Source of the DNA: Mesotaenium endlicherianum
Taxonomy: Eukaryota
DNA length: 20,000 nucleotides
Assembly: GCA_009602735.1 (NCBI GenBank)
Contig: WELA01002258.1
Location: 624,612 to 644,611, forward strand
Direction: 5' to 3'
Positions 10,601 to 20,000 of the stretch are shown here, piece by piece. Each line of letters begins with the position of its first letter. Position 1 is the first letter of the stretch. The position numbers and the translations under genes are program-made. The notes under the pieces are model-generated. The model was given only the letters and a program-made list of their open reading frames with translations, ran no database searches and was not told the DNA's origin.

Positions 10601-13600
10601 CCTCCTGCCCCTCCTCCTGCTCCTCCTGCCCCTCCTTCTCCTGTTCCTTCTCCTGTTCCTTCTTCCTCCCTCCTCCCTTCCCCCTCCTCCCACCTCTTGC
10701 TGCTGCCGCTGGTGCTGGAGGCCCTGCAAGGCCTGGTGCTGGTCCCCCAGTCCAACTCTGCCATCTCTTCTACAGCACCCTCCTCCTCCTCCTCGTGCTG
10801 CTGCTGCTGCGGCCGCTGCTGCCGCTTCCGCAGGTGCTGCCCTAGCCTGCAGGGCGTGGTGCTGGTGCCGCATTTCCACTGCAACATCTGTTGGACTGCA
10901 CTCTGCTCGCGCTCCTCCTGCTCCTCCTCCTCCTCCTCCTCCTCCTCCTCCTCCTCCTCCTCCTCCTGCTGCTGCTGCTCCTCTTGCTTCTGCTCCTGGG
11001 GCAGGTCTGGTGAGCCTGCAGGGCCTGGCACGGGTCCCCAAGCCCTGCTCTAACATCACCTCCATGGCGCTCCCCTCCTCCATCCTGCTGCCCCTGCCGC
11101 TGCTGCTGCTCCTCCTGCTCCTCCTCCTGCTCCTCCTGCTGCTGCTGCTCCTGCCGATGCTGCTGCTGCTCTTGCAGGTGCTAGTGAGCCTGCAGGGGCT
11201 GGTGCTGGTGGCGCAGCCGTACTTCAATGAGCCCGGGTACGAGCGCTCCATGGGCACCCCCGACGGGGAGCGCCGCTCCAGGGAGTACAGCGACAACGCG
11301 CTCGTGCTCACCTGCAAGGCCATGATGTACCTCATCTGCCTGCGCCCCCTGGTGCGTCCCCCCTGGTCACTCGCCCCTGGTCACTCCCCCCTGGTCGCAG
11401 TGCTCGCTCGCCTGTTCGCCTGTAAGCTTACGATGTACCTCGCTTACATCTGCCTGTGCCCTCTGGTGCGTTCCCCCTGGTCACAGTCCTGCGGTGCATC
11501 CCCCCTGGTCACAGTTCTTGCTTACAAGTGCGTGATGTCTCTCGTCTGCCTGAGTCCCCTGGTGCGTCCCCCGTCCCCCCTGGTCACGATCTCTCCGGCC
11601 CCCCTTCCCTGTCCCCTCTCTCCTCTACCCATTTTCCCCTCCACCCTCCACGCTCCTCCCGTCCGCCCCCCTCGCAGCTCCTCCCTTTGCGCAGCCCCTC
11701 TCACGCTCCCACCCCNNNNNNNNNNNNNNNNNNNNNNNNNNNNNNNNNNNNNNNNNNNNNNNNNNNNNNNNNNNNNNNNNNNNNNNNNNNNNNNNNNNNN
11801 NNNNNNNNNNNNNNNNNNNNNNNNNNNNNNNNNNNNNNNNNNNNNNNNNNNNNNNNNNNNNNNNNNNNNNNNNNNNNNNNNNNNNNNNNNNNNNNNNNNN
11901 NNNNNNNNNNNNNNNNNNNNNNNNNNNNNNNNNNNNNNNNNNNNNNNNNNNNNNNNNNNNNNNNNNNNNNNNNNNNNNNNNNNNNNNNNNNNNNNNNNNN
12001 NNNNNNNNNNNNNNNNNNNNNNNNNNNNNNNNNNNNNNNNNNNNNNNNNNNNNNNNNNNNNNNNNNNNNNNNNNNNNNNNNNNNNNNNNNNNNNNNNNNN
12101 NNNNNNNNNNNNNNNNNNNNNNNNNNNNNNNNNNNNNNNNNNNNNNNNNNNNNNNNNNNNNNNNNNNNNNNNNCACCCCCCACCCCCCCATCTCTCTGCC
12201 TGGTCCTCATCTCTATTCCCTTTCTCTCTTTCTTGTCTGCCCTCCCGCATGGCTTTGCACCCAGACAGCTTTGCTCTTCCTCTTCCTCTTCCTCTTCCTC
12301 TTCCTTGTCCTCGTCCTCGTCCTCCTCTACCTCTTGCCGAACAGTAAGCGGTGACCAGATCACCCACATGCTTTTCTCTCGGTCTTACAATCCCCTCGGC
12401 CATCAGCCTTTCCCGACCGGTGCTCTTGCGGTTTGAAACAGAGCGGGACAAAACTTCGCCTGCCGACTTTCTCTCGACCTCATGGAGATGGGCCCGTGCA
12501 GGCCCGCAGGCCTCCTCCTCCTCCTCCTCCTCATCCTCCCTCCCTCCTCATCCTCCTCCTCCTCCTCCTCCTCGTTATCCTTTTCCTCCTCCCCCTCCTC
12601 CTTTGCCTCCTCCTCCTCCTGCTCCTCCTCCTCCTCCTCCTCCTCCTCTTCCTCCTCGTTATCCTTTTCCTCCTCCCCCTCCTCCTTTGCCTCCTCCTGC
12701 TCCTGCTCCTCCTCCTCCTCCTCCTCCTCCTCCTCCTCTCTTGCCTCCTTCACCTTCCTCCTGGCATCTTGTCTCGTAGCACTCCTTGTTTGGTTTGCGG
12801 TGGCCCTTCTGCTGCGCGGGGTTCTCTCGAGCCTCCTTAAACCTGGGCTTGGCGTCATTCGACTTTGAGTTCTAGACGTCATCAAACTCTGCGTACCAGA
12901 ATCATCGGACTATTACAAAGATCGGGTGCAGATGCAGTTGGGGGGACTGGGCCTCTCTCATTGGCGTCAGTCCTCACGTCTAAGGTCAAGGTCTAGAAGT
13001 CAGGGTTTCTGGGGGTTGCAAGACTATGATACACCGTCGCTCGGACTGCTTGCATGAATGACTTTGAGCGCAAGTGGGTGCCGGGGGGGGGGGGGAGGAG
13101 ATTAGATAACAATAGGGCTCGGGAGAAAGGGGCCAGGCCTGTCGTTGGTTGGGGTCGTTGTCTCCTGGCCTCGCTTTGGGGCGTTAGTTCCAAGTTCCAG
13201 GATACATTTGAGATTAGGGTTTAGGCCTAGGTTAGGTTGTAGTTGTCGTGAAGTTGGTAGCATGTAGGTGTGTGCATGTAATGTTTTGAAGGCGGATAAA
13301 TGATGTATATATATGTATATATACGCATATATATATCTCCATATATAAGTACATAAATGCATACATATATGTATCTAAATATGTATGTCTATACATACAC
13401 ATATACATAGATGTATACATAAATGTAAACATATATGCATCTAAATACATATATGTCAATAGATACATATATACATGTATAGACATATTTACATATATTT
13501 ACATGTATAATATATGCATGTGTTGTGGGAATTATAGAGGCAATACTCCAGGGCCAGGTGTCACCAGTGTGATGCCCCCTCTTTCACCCGACAAGCATGG

Positions 13601-13910
13601 ATGTATCAGTCGTTGCAATTTTCAGTATTTAATGGGGTCTAGGGTCCTAGATATCTAAGCCCTAGCATCTAGGCTGTAGTAGGCTCTTGGGCACATGGGC
13701 AATGCGCCCTGTAGAGTGACAGCTGGCCTCTCTCGTGTTGGAATTGCGCAGCACGTGACTGACGTGGTGACAGCACACTTCCGGGCAAGGGGGCCGCACA
13801 TCCTGGCAGCCTGCGACGCCCACCTAAGGAGCGACATGTGTCGTGTCGCACACGCGAAGCTGGCGAGGCTGCGGGAGAGACTGGCAACGGCCTTTGCTTC
13901 CCTGGCTTAG
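7544..13910 (+). CDS. E2 ubiquitin-conjugating enzyme, UBE2O/UBE2Z-like, plant UBC23-26 (PHO2) class, paralog A; join(7544-7696, 8534-8603, 8919-9058, 9989-10123, 11178-11351, 13752-13910), 831 nt, about 276 aa
   Basis: The spliced product has the class motifs [80 protein letters not shown] (catalytic Cys), [12 protein letters not shown]...PYFNEPGY and [13 protein letters not shown]. All introns are GT-AG with consistent phases. The start codon is less certain, and an N-gap lies in the last intron. Confidence 0.88.
7930..8160. repeat. Degenerate minisatellite ctgactaatgtacct-like in UBC-A intron 1
   Basis: ctgaccaatgtgtccctg, gctaatgtacctctgact, ctgatgaatgtgcttctgact, ctgactaatgtacttctgact, ctgactagtgtacctctcact. 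Confidence 0.7.
8534..8603 (+). CDS. UBC-A exon 2 ([23 protein letters not shown])
   Basis: Acceptor GTGCAG|, donor G|GTGCAC; encodes helix 1 of the UBC fold. Confidence 0.88.
8919..9058 (+). CDS. UBC-A exon 3 ([14 protein letters not shown]...YPASPP)
   Basis: Acceptor GCGCAG|AC, donor CCG|GTACGC; 140 nt, same length as the paralog B exon. Confidence 0.93.
9989..10123 (+). CDS. UBC-A exon 4 ([29 protein letters not shown]...STILQ), catalytic exon
   Basis: Acceptor GTGCAG|, donor CAG|GTTAGG; 135 nt; NPN motif and active-site Cys. Confidence 0.93.
10219..10432. repeat. (CA)n/(GCAC)n microsatellite
   Basis: Seen directly. Similar tracts occur at 9760-9850, 13930-14100 and 18140-18260. Confidence 0.9.
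10555..11177 (+). repeat. Four degenerate copies of [CTC/CTG tract + acceptor + start of UBC-A exon 5]
   Basis: Copies at about 10558-10588, 10708-10760, 10830-10886 and 11001-11054 resemble gcaggtgctRgtgagcctgcagggSctggtgctggt. Confidence 0.85.
11178..11351 (+). CDS. UBC-A exon 5 ([21 protein letters not shown]...[10 protein letters not shown])
   Basis: Acceptor TTGCAG|, donor CTG|GTGCGT; 174 nt, same length as the paralog B exon. Confidence 0.92.
11352..11590 (+). repeat. Two degenerate copies of [end of UBC-A exon 5 + donor], plus short cccctggtc repeats
   Basis: gatgtacctc..atctgcctg.gccc.ctg|gtgcgt.ccccctggtcac recurs with GT at 11466 and 11562. Confidence 0.88.
11716..12173. other. 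Assembly gap (N run)
   Basis: 458 N within UBC-A intron 5. Confidence 1.
12510..12745. repeat. (CCT)n microsatellite with an internal duplication of about 84 bp
   Basis: cgttatccttttcctcctccccctcctcctttgcctcc occurs at about 12573 and 12657. Confidence 0.9.
13300..13520. repeat. (TA)/(TACA)-rich low-complexity tract
   Basis: Seen directly. Confidence 0.9.
13752..13910 (+). CDS. UBC-A exon 6, terminal ([24 protein letters not shown]...AFASLA*)
   Basis: Acceptor GCGCAG|CAC; homologous to the paralog B terminal exon; TAG at 13908-13910. Confidence 0.87.
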   Translation, partial: HVTDVVTAHFRARGPHILAACDAHLRSDMCRVAHAKLARLRERLATAFASLA

Positions 13911-13954
13911 AGCTCCTGCTAAAAGCACATGTACATATACACACGCACAAATGA

Positions 13955-13998
<44 letters not shown>

Positions 13999-14406
13999 CA
14001 CACACATACAAGCGCAGTGGCACACAGACAGGCACACGCACACGCACACGCACACGCACACGCGCACATAAAAGACACGCACACACACACACACACAGAA
14101 AGGTACGCGCATGCGGAGGATACATACCAGCGCACCCGCACTCGCACAAAGACTCACATACACCAGGCTGTCTACTGCAGTGCGTCCTCCCAGAAACGGG
14201 CAGTGCCCGAGGTCATAGCGTGCATACTTTTGCAACTTAGCTGGGTACTACTACTTCAGCAGAACCTGAGCCCCTGAAGCTGCTGCAATGGCGGAGTCAA
14301 ACGCCTCCACAAACAAATGGGCTGTGTGGACACCGCTAGTCAGAGAAATGCCGAGTTGTTTGTCCTTTCTTACACCCAACGTACTTACGACCTATGCGGA
14401 CCGTAA

Positions 14407-14560
14407 GTGGATCCCTAGGTGGACCTTCGCTGAACCCTAGGTGGACTTAGGTGGACCTTCGCTGAACCCTAGGCGGACCCTAGCTGGACACTAGCTGGAC
14501 CCTAGGCAGACCTACATTCCAACAGACTAGGCAAACCTAGGTGGATCCTAGGTGGACCTA
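14407..14560. repeat. Minisatellite of cctaggtggac-type units with a duplicated taggtggaccttcgctgaaccctagg block
   Basis: About 10 degenerate ctaggtggac/ctagctggac units in the intergenic region. Confidence 0.85.
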
Positions 14561-17344
14561 CTTCACACAGGTGGCCCATAATGAGGCCCTTACTTCTGGA
14601 CGCAGTCGAATCTGGGAGAACGCAAAACCGCGCGTCGAGGAAAATCGCGTTCATCTGTCTGGCGAGAAACTTTTGCCGCAGGGCCCTTGCTGAGCCTCGC
14701 CCCTCGCGCGCGCGCACGCACGCCTTAAGAGCACAAGCATACAGCACCGGCCCGCGAGTGGGTGTCCCAAACTCACACGCAGCCGGCACGGTCAGGTCTC
14801 TTGCTGCTTCTAAGGTCCACGGTGACAGCATATCATGTATGTGGAGGAGGCTAGGCCTTTGTTGATGAGATGACAGGTGTCACAAAAACAATCTCACAAG
14901 AACAATCTCGTTGCAAGCAGAGAGCCTTTGAATGAAGCCGGCCAGTTGTCGCTCAAAGTTGAAGAATTAGTAGGGCTGTCTGCAAGTGCTGCCTCCAAGT
15001 TGGGTTGATGCTCCACCCGACAAGTGAGGGCGATGTGTTGCGCGAGTGAGGCGCTGTTGGTGATCGCACGCCAAGCATGTATGAGGATGCATGCGGATAT
15101 GTGCATTTTTCTTCTGAAGGCATTGAACTTTTATGGGACACAGTAGTGTCTGCGCTGCTCACAGCCGGTGGCGGCAGCTGCCAGGTATCTCTAGCTTGGC
15201 AGCTGACCTGGACTTTATGTGTAGACTATGGCTTGTTCCCCTGGCTTCTGTAAATTGTTGTCCTCGTCATAAGAACTTGCTTGGTTTTTTTTTCTTGTAA
15301 AACGTATGTCCTATGGCTCGTGCATGCGTGCAAGCTAGAGGGCAGCAGATGATGCCCAAAAAGAGTGCGAGTGATGGTCCAGGTCGTCATTGCCAGCTGG
15401 CTTGTACAGTGCTAACATGCATTAAGTACAGCTTGGCAGTCCTGTGTGATCTTCTGTTGATCTTGCACTGATGTGCTCGAGCGTACAATTGCATATGCAC
15501 CATGCGAGGGGGGAGTCACGGACAGTTAAAGTCAGCTAAGGGGTGCATGTGTAAGCTGTGCACAAGGAAGCAATCGATTAAATGTATGTACACATCTTGC
15601 CGCGTCTCAATGAATCAGTGTGGCATGCATGTACCATTGCATGTATAAATCATCATGGCGCTTCATTGAAGGCGTCTTTGCGAACGTGCATATGTAGTCA
15701 ACCTGTATGGTGTTTATATATTTACTTCTAGAGATTCTCTTGATATTATAATGCATCCATACTAGGGGTTCGAGCTCAATCGATCAATTTGTCTACAAAT
15801 TAATGCACGTGTTCGTATGCTGTGTAACATTGCAGATTTGCAATCAGGGAGAGTGCCCAGTATGTATGCATGAGCGCTGCGCCACATACTGTACACATCA
15901 GTCGTCAGCCTAGTCAGAGATACATGTGCACATACTAAACATAATGCCTTCAATTCAACCCTAAATTTGCACATGCAGCAGAACTAGGGGTGGTGGGATT
16001 ACGGCCTTGCCTTCCAACTTATCCTTCTTTTTCCCATGGCAGATGTGTACAAAATCTTTGAACACCAGCTGCAGGAACCTCCGCGCAGACCTCTCGATTC
16101 AAGATAAATTTCATCATGTTTGCTATGTTGGATGCATGTCATATGAATTGATCCAACTCAAAATAGAGATGTTCTGTAAGATCCTTGCAGTTGTGCGCGG
16201 ATGTTCCATACAATCCCACAATTTTGTATTTTTCTCTGTGGAGAACGTCATTAAAGGTTGCCATGCCAATAAAAGTACTCCAAAAAAAAATCTTTCAAAG
16301 TTTGTCAGATGGCCTCCAAAACCCTGACTCTCGGTCAGAGGATGTTTCCGAAATCCACAAATTTGGTCTGATGGAAGGGTCTGCGTCCGCGTCTTGTGTC
16401 CGGAGGCATCATAAGGTTGAGGCCCATCTGATTTGGAACCTGATACAGAAAAATATGCTACACATTGCAGCACATTCACTTCCTACCCGCCCCCCTGAAG
16501 GAAACGTTACATTTATTTTCTTGGTTTTGAAATATACGTGACCCTTTCAAATTCCGTTACAACTTGCAGCCCAAGGTCCCAATCCCAATCTCAAGAGGGT
16601 GGAGGCGCATGCGCACACGCGCGCCTGTCCATAAACTACAGCCCAACGCAAAATAAATGTCTACCAACTTTCTCCATACGATGACAGCTTCCGTCACTCT
16701 GCGGCGCTGAATCACACGGAGAGGCAGAAATGTGGTGCACAAAAAATGGCGTAGCATGCTGCTGTAAGACTAGATTCGCTGAATAGCTTGCTGGGAGGCT
16801 GTAGCATGTCGCTTTGCAACGCTGCAAGGACGTCGCATCCGCTGAAAGGCTCTTGTACGCTGTTAAAGCCCCATCACATTCTGCAAAGCTGTAGCAAGCT
16901 GCTGGTCGGCTCTAGCACATTGAGAGGCTCTAGCACACTTCTGGGTGTCTCTAGTATGCTGTAAGGCAGTAGCACGCAGCTGGAAGGCTGCAGCACACAG
17001 CTGGCGAGGCTGTAGCAGGCTGCAGAGAGGCTACATGCAGAGAGGCTGGACGGAGGGCTGGGGCATCTGCTGGAGCACGCTGCAGCGCACCTCATCACGA
17101 GAGTTGGAGTGAGCAGACGAGTCACAAAGAGCGACAAGTCCCCTTAGCCACGCCACGCGCCAGACGTCACCCTCGAGAACGCTTGTGTCTGCTTGTTTCG
17201 CTAATCTCAGATCTAATGCAGGGGAATCTTCCATCCTCCGGAGAAAACCCCAAGAACCCTAATTTGGGGAGGAACTCCGACCTAGGGCAAGCGCGGGCAA
17301 GCGCTCGAGAGAGCGCAAGCCCCTAGTGTACGCGAACCTTAAAT

Positions 17345-17623
17345 TTACGAAGATGTTTGATCCAGGGTGGAGAACGAGGCAGCCAGGGCCGGCCTGAGCT
17401 TGGCCAGCATCAGCTTGAAGCCCTCCGAGTGCTTATGGGGCTTGCCAGGTGGCGCGCCGGCAGCGGAGGAAGGCCCCCCGCTGCTGTCAGCTGGCTGGGC
17501 TGATGCGCCGGCCGCCGCTGACTCGCTCCCAGAAAGCGCCTCGTCAGCAACGTACGCGTCGCAGCGTGCAAGGATGTGCGGTCCCCGCTCCCGAAAATGG
17601 GCCCTGACGAGCTCTCCCACGTG
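17345..17623 (-). CDS. UBC-B terminal exon ([16 protein letters not shown]...LDQTSS*)
   Basis: GGCAG|CAC acceptor; TAA at 17347-17345. Confidence 0.9.
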   Translation of the reverse strand, partial: HVGELVRAHFRERGPHILARCDAYVADEALSGSESAAAGASAQPADSSGGPSSAAGAPPGKPHKHSEGFKLMLAKLRPALAASFSTLDQTSS

Positions 17624-19812
17624 CTGCCACGTGCCAGCCCGCCCGCCCGCCAGACGAAGCAGCAAACAAGCAACAAAACAAGCTCAAGGTTGGTGCCAGC
17701 TAGCATGCAGCACGTGGTGGCACAAGCCTCAGACTATGCAGCACCAGCACCACCACCACCACCACCAGCAGCAGCAGCAGCAACAGGACCACCAGCAGCA
17801 GAAGGAGCAGCAGAAGCAGCCGTGGCGGCGCGAGCAGGAGCATGGCCAGGGGGGACGTACCAGAGGCGGGCGGCGGACGAGGTACATCATGGACTTGCAC
17901 GACAGCAGGAACGCGCTCTCGTTGTAAATTAGCGAGTTCCTCTCGCCCTCAGGCGTAGCTATCTGGCGCTCGTAGCCGGCTTCATTGAAGTAGGGCTTGG
18001 GGACCAGCACCAGGCCCTGCAGGCTCACCAGCACCTGCGCCACCAGCAGCAGCAGCAGCAGGAGGAGCAGGAGGGGGAGCAGGAGGGGGAACAGGAGGGG
18101 GAGGAAGGTGAGAAGGAGGAAGAGCGGCCGGATGCATGTTTGTACGCTGCATGTGCCTGCGTGCGTGCGCTTTGTGCGTGTGCCTGCACACGCCTGTGCC
18201 CTGTGCATGTGCTTTGTGCATGTGTGCGCGCGCGTGGGTGTGTGTGTGTGTGGGTGTATGTGATGTGCAGGCACGTGAGAAGGCATGCATGCAGAGAACT
18301 AGAGGCCTTCTTTCTTTAGCACACTAAAAGCGCCCCCCCCCCAGCCATGCTGCTCCTCGTTTAACATCAAACCTACAATAGGAAACGACTCATTTCCCAC
18401 CGGAGGTCTTCCCCGGATCCCAACGCGCGTTTGCTTGGTAGGGAAGCCGATTGAATGGGGTGCCCACGCAGAGACAAAGGCAGAGGCAGAGGAAAACAAA
18501 CGACAGGACGAGGAAGAGTGGGAGACGAGGACGAGGCACAGGCAAAGCCAGAGGCAGAGGCAGACCCAGAGGCAGAGGCAGAGGCAGAGGCAGAGGCAAA
18601 GCCAGAGGCAGGGGCAGACGAGGAAGAGGGAGAGGGGGAGAGCAAGAGAGGACATACCTGGAGAACGGTGGAGGTGGGCGTCCAGGTCTCGGTGCCGCGG
18701 CCCGTCCACGTGTTGAGCAGGCTGAGGCACACCTTGCCCGTCTCGTACAGGTTGGGGTTCAGCCGCAGGCCCCCCGAGTGGTAGTACACCACCTGCACGC
18801 AGCCCCAGAGAGGGACACAGAGCGCGGGGGTGTGCGTGCGCGGGTGTGAGTGTAAGTGGGAGGAAGAGAGAGGGGTTCCATCTGCACCAAGGGAGGGCGA
18901 GAACGCGCCCGTGCGCATACATGTGTATGTGTGAGTGTGTGAGTCTGCCTGTGTAAAGGTGTGAGTGTGCCTGTGTAAAGGTGCGAGTGTTTGTGCGCGC
19001 AAGAGGAAAAGAGAGGAATGGAGAGGAAAGGAAGGAGGGAGAAAGAGGGAGGGTGGGGGGGGGGGGACTTCTCGTGTATACAGCAGCAGGCGCATGCTGT
19101 CAGCAGCAAAAAGCAGGAGGTCAAAAGCCACGAGCCCAAAGCCAAAGGTCAAAAGCCGAGTCAAAGTCCAAGACAAACTCAAGGACCAAGAGTAAGAGGC
19201 TCCGTTCACCGACAATGGCAATTGCAGCCAAGCGAGCAATGCAACGTTGCTATACTGGCGCTTGGACGTGGGCTCTTCCTGTCATTTTGAAAGTATGGTT
19301 CAGCAAGCGCTAGATTGTTCACCCACCAAAAGGGGGCACCACTTGGCTTTAGACCATGGGCACTCCTCAAAGTGACGAGGGCAGCAAGGCAGTGAGGGCA
19401 GGAAGGGCAATTAGGAGAAGCACGCGCAAAAACCGGCGAGGGGCTGGTCATTGGGGGGCAGAAAGTTGGGGGGAAGGAGGGCGNNNNNNNNNNNNNNNNN
19501 NNNNNNNNNNNNNNNNNNNNNNNNNNNNNNNNNNNNNNNNNNNNNNNNNNNNNNNNNNNNNNNNNNNNNNNNNNNNNNNNNNNNNNNNNNNNNNNNNNNN
19601 NNNNNNNNNNNNAGGAAGGGGGGGGGGAGGAAAGGAAGGGGGGTGGGAGTGGAAGCACGTGCGCGCGCGTACCGGCGGGCTGGTGGGGTAGTCAGATGGC
19701 AGCCAGATGTCGAAGACGAAGAGGCCGTCCTGGTAGGGCGTGTCGGCGGGGCCCACGATGAGCGCGCGCATGAGGTCCATGCGCTCCTCGTACACGCGCA
19801 CATATATCGTGT
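17345..19812 (-). CDS. E2 ubiquitin-conjugating enzyme, UBC23-26/UBE2O class, paralog B, 5'-partial; join(19812-19673, 18792-18658, 18034-17861, 17623-17345)
   Basis: Same motifs and exon sizes (140/135/174) as paralog [54 protein letters not shown]...[42 protein letters not shown]. Upstream exons lie beyond the window end. Confidence 0.92.
17861..18034 (-). CDS. UBC-B exon equivalent to A exon 5
   Basis: GCGCAG|GTG acceptor, CTG|GTACGT donor. Confidence 0.93.
18475..18620. repeat. (GAGGCA)n hexamer microsatellite in a UBC-B intron
   Basis: Seen directly. Confidence 0.85.
18658..18792 (-). CDS. UBC-B exon equivalent to A exon 4 (catalytic Cys)
   Basis: GTGCAG|GTG acceptor, CAG|GTATGT donor; [15 protein letters not shown]. 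Confidence 0.93.
19484..19612. other. Assembly gap (N run)
   Basis: 129 N within a UBC-B intron. Confidence 1.
19673..19812 (-). CDS. UBC-B exon equivalent to A exon 3
   Basis: GCGCAG|AC acceptor, CCG|GTACGC donor. Confidence 0.93.
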
Positions 19813-20000
19813 CTGCGCGCGCGCGAGCGCGACGCCCCCACGCCCACGACACGCGCCCCAGAGCACCAAAACCATGCCAAGAGACGGACACGTGTCAGCC
19901 AAGGGTGCGGCCTCCGAGCTCCTCGGCTCTGGGTGCTTGACGCAAGCGCGCTCTTAGATACGAACACATGCACACTCTCAAATCTCCTCCGCCCCCCCCC

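Noticed and set aside
10472..12885. Long ORFs (585, 326, 309, 287 aa and others) with poly-P/L/S/E and X runs
   Set aside because: They are produced by CCT/CTG microsatellites and the N-gap. Only 11178-11351 is supported as coding.
13208..13240. Telomere-like ttagggtttagg (also aaccctaa near 15957 and 17256)
   Set aside because: Only 1-2 units, which is too short to call interstitial telomeric repeats or functional telo-boxes.
16007..16541. Overlapping 106-118 aa intergenic ORFs
   Set aside because: No domain motifs, no GC3 bias like the real exons, and no coherent splice structure.
19280..19330. Minus-strand [10 protein letters not shown] resembling exon 5 [11 protein letters not shown]
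   Set aside because: Nucleotide similarity is weak and it lies in the wrong intron, so it is likely chance.

Overview
Eukaryotic genomic DNA with GT-AG introns, microsatellite-rich introns and two N-gaps. It is plant-lineage, probably a streptophyte green alga (inferred from protein families and intron style, not verified). It holds three intron-containing genes. (1) A complete 5-exon lysophosphatidic acid acyltransferase of the plant LPAT4/5 (LCLAT1-like) type on the minus strand, CDS 6043->96, about 422 aa. (2) A 6-exon E2 ubiquitin-conjugating enzyme of the UBE2O/UBE2Z/plant UBC23-26 (PHO2) class on the plus strand, CDS about 7544->13910, about 276 aa, head-to-head with LPAT. (3) The last four exons of a paralogous E2 on the minus strand (19812->17345), convergent with the first and with matching exon boundaries. 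The most unusual feature is that introns hold tandem, decaying copies ('echoes') of the adjacent exon/intron junction at four separate junctions in two unrelated genes. Some echoes keep AG or GT. Two echoed donors are in frame, and two echoed acceptors resemble the paralog more than their own neighbouring exon. One exon plus its upstream intron is far more similar between the paralogs than the other exons, which suggests gene conversion. Most long ORFs in the supplied track are low-complexity artefacts.
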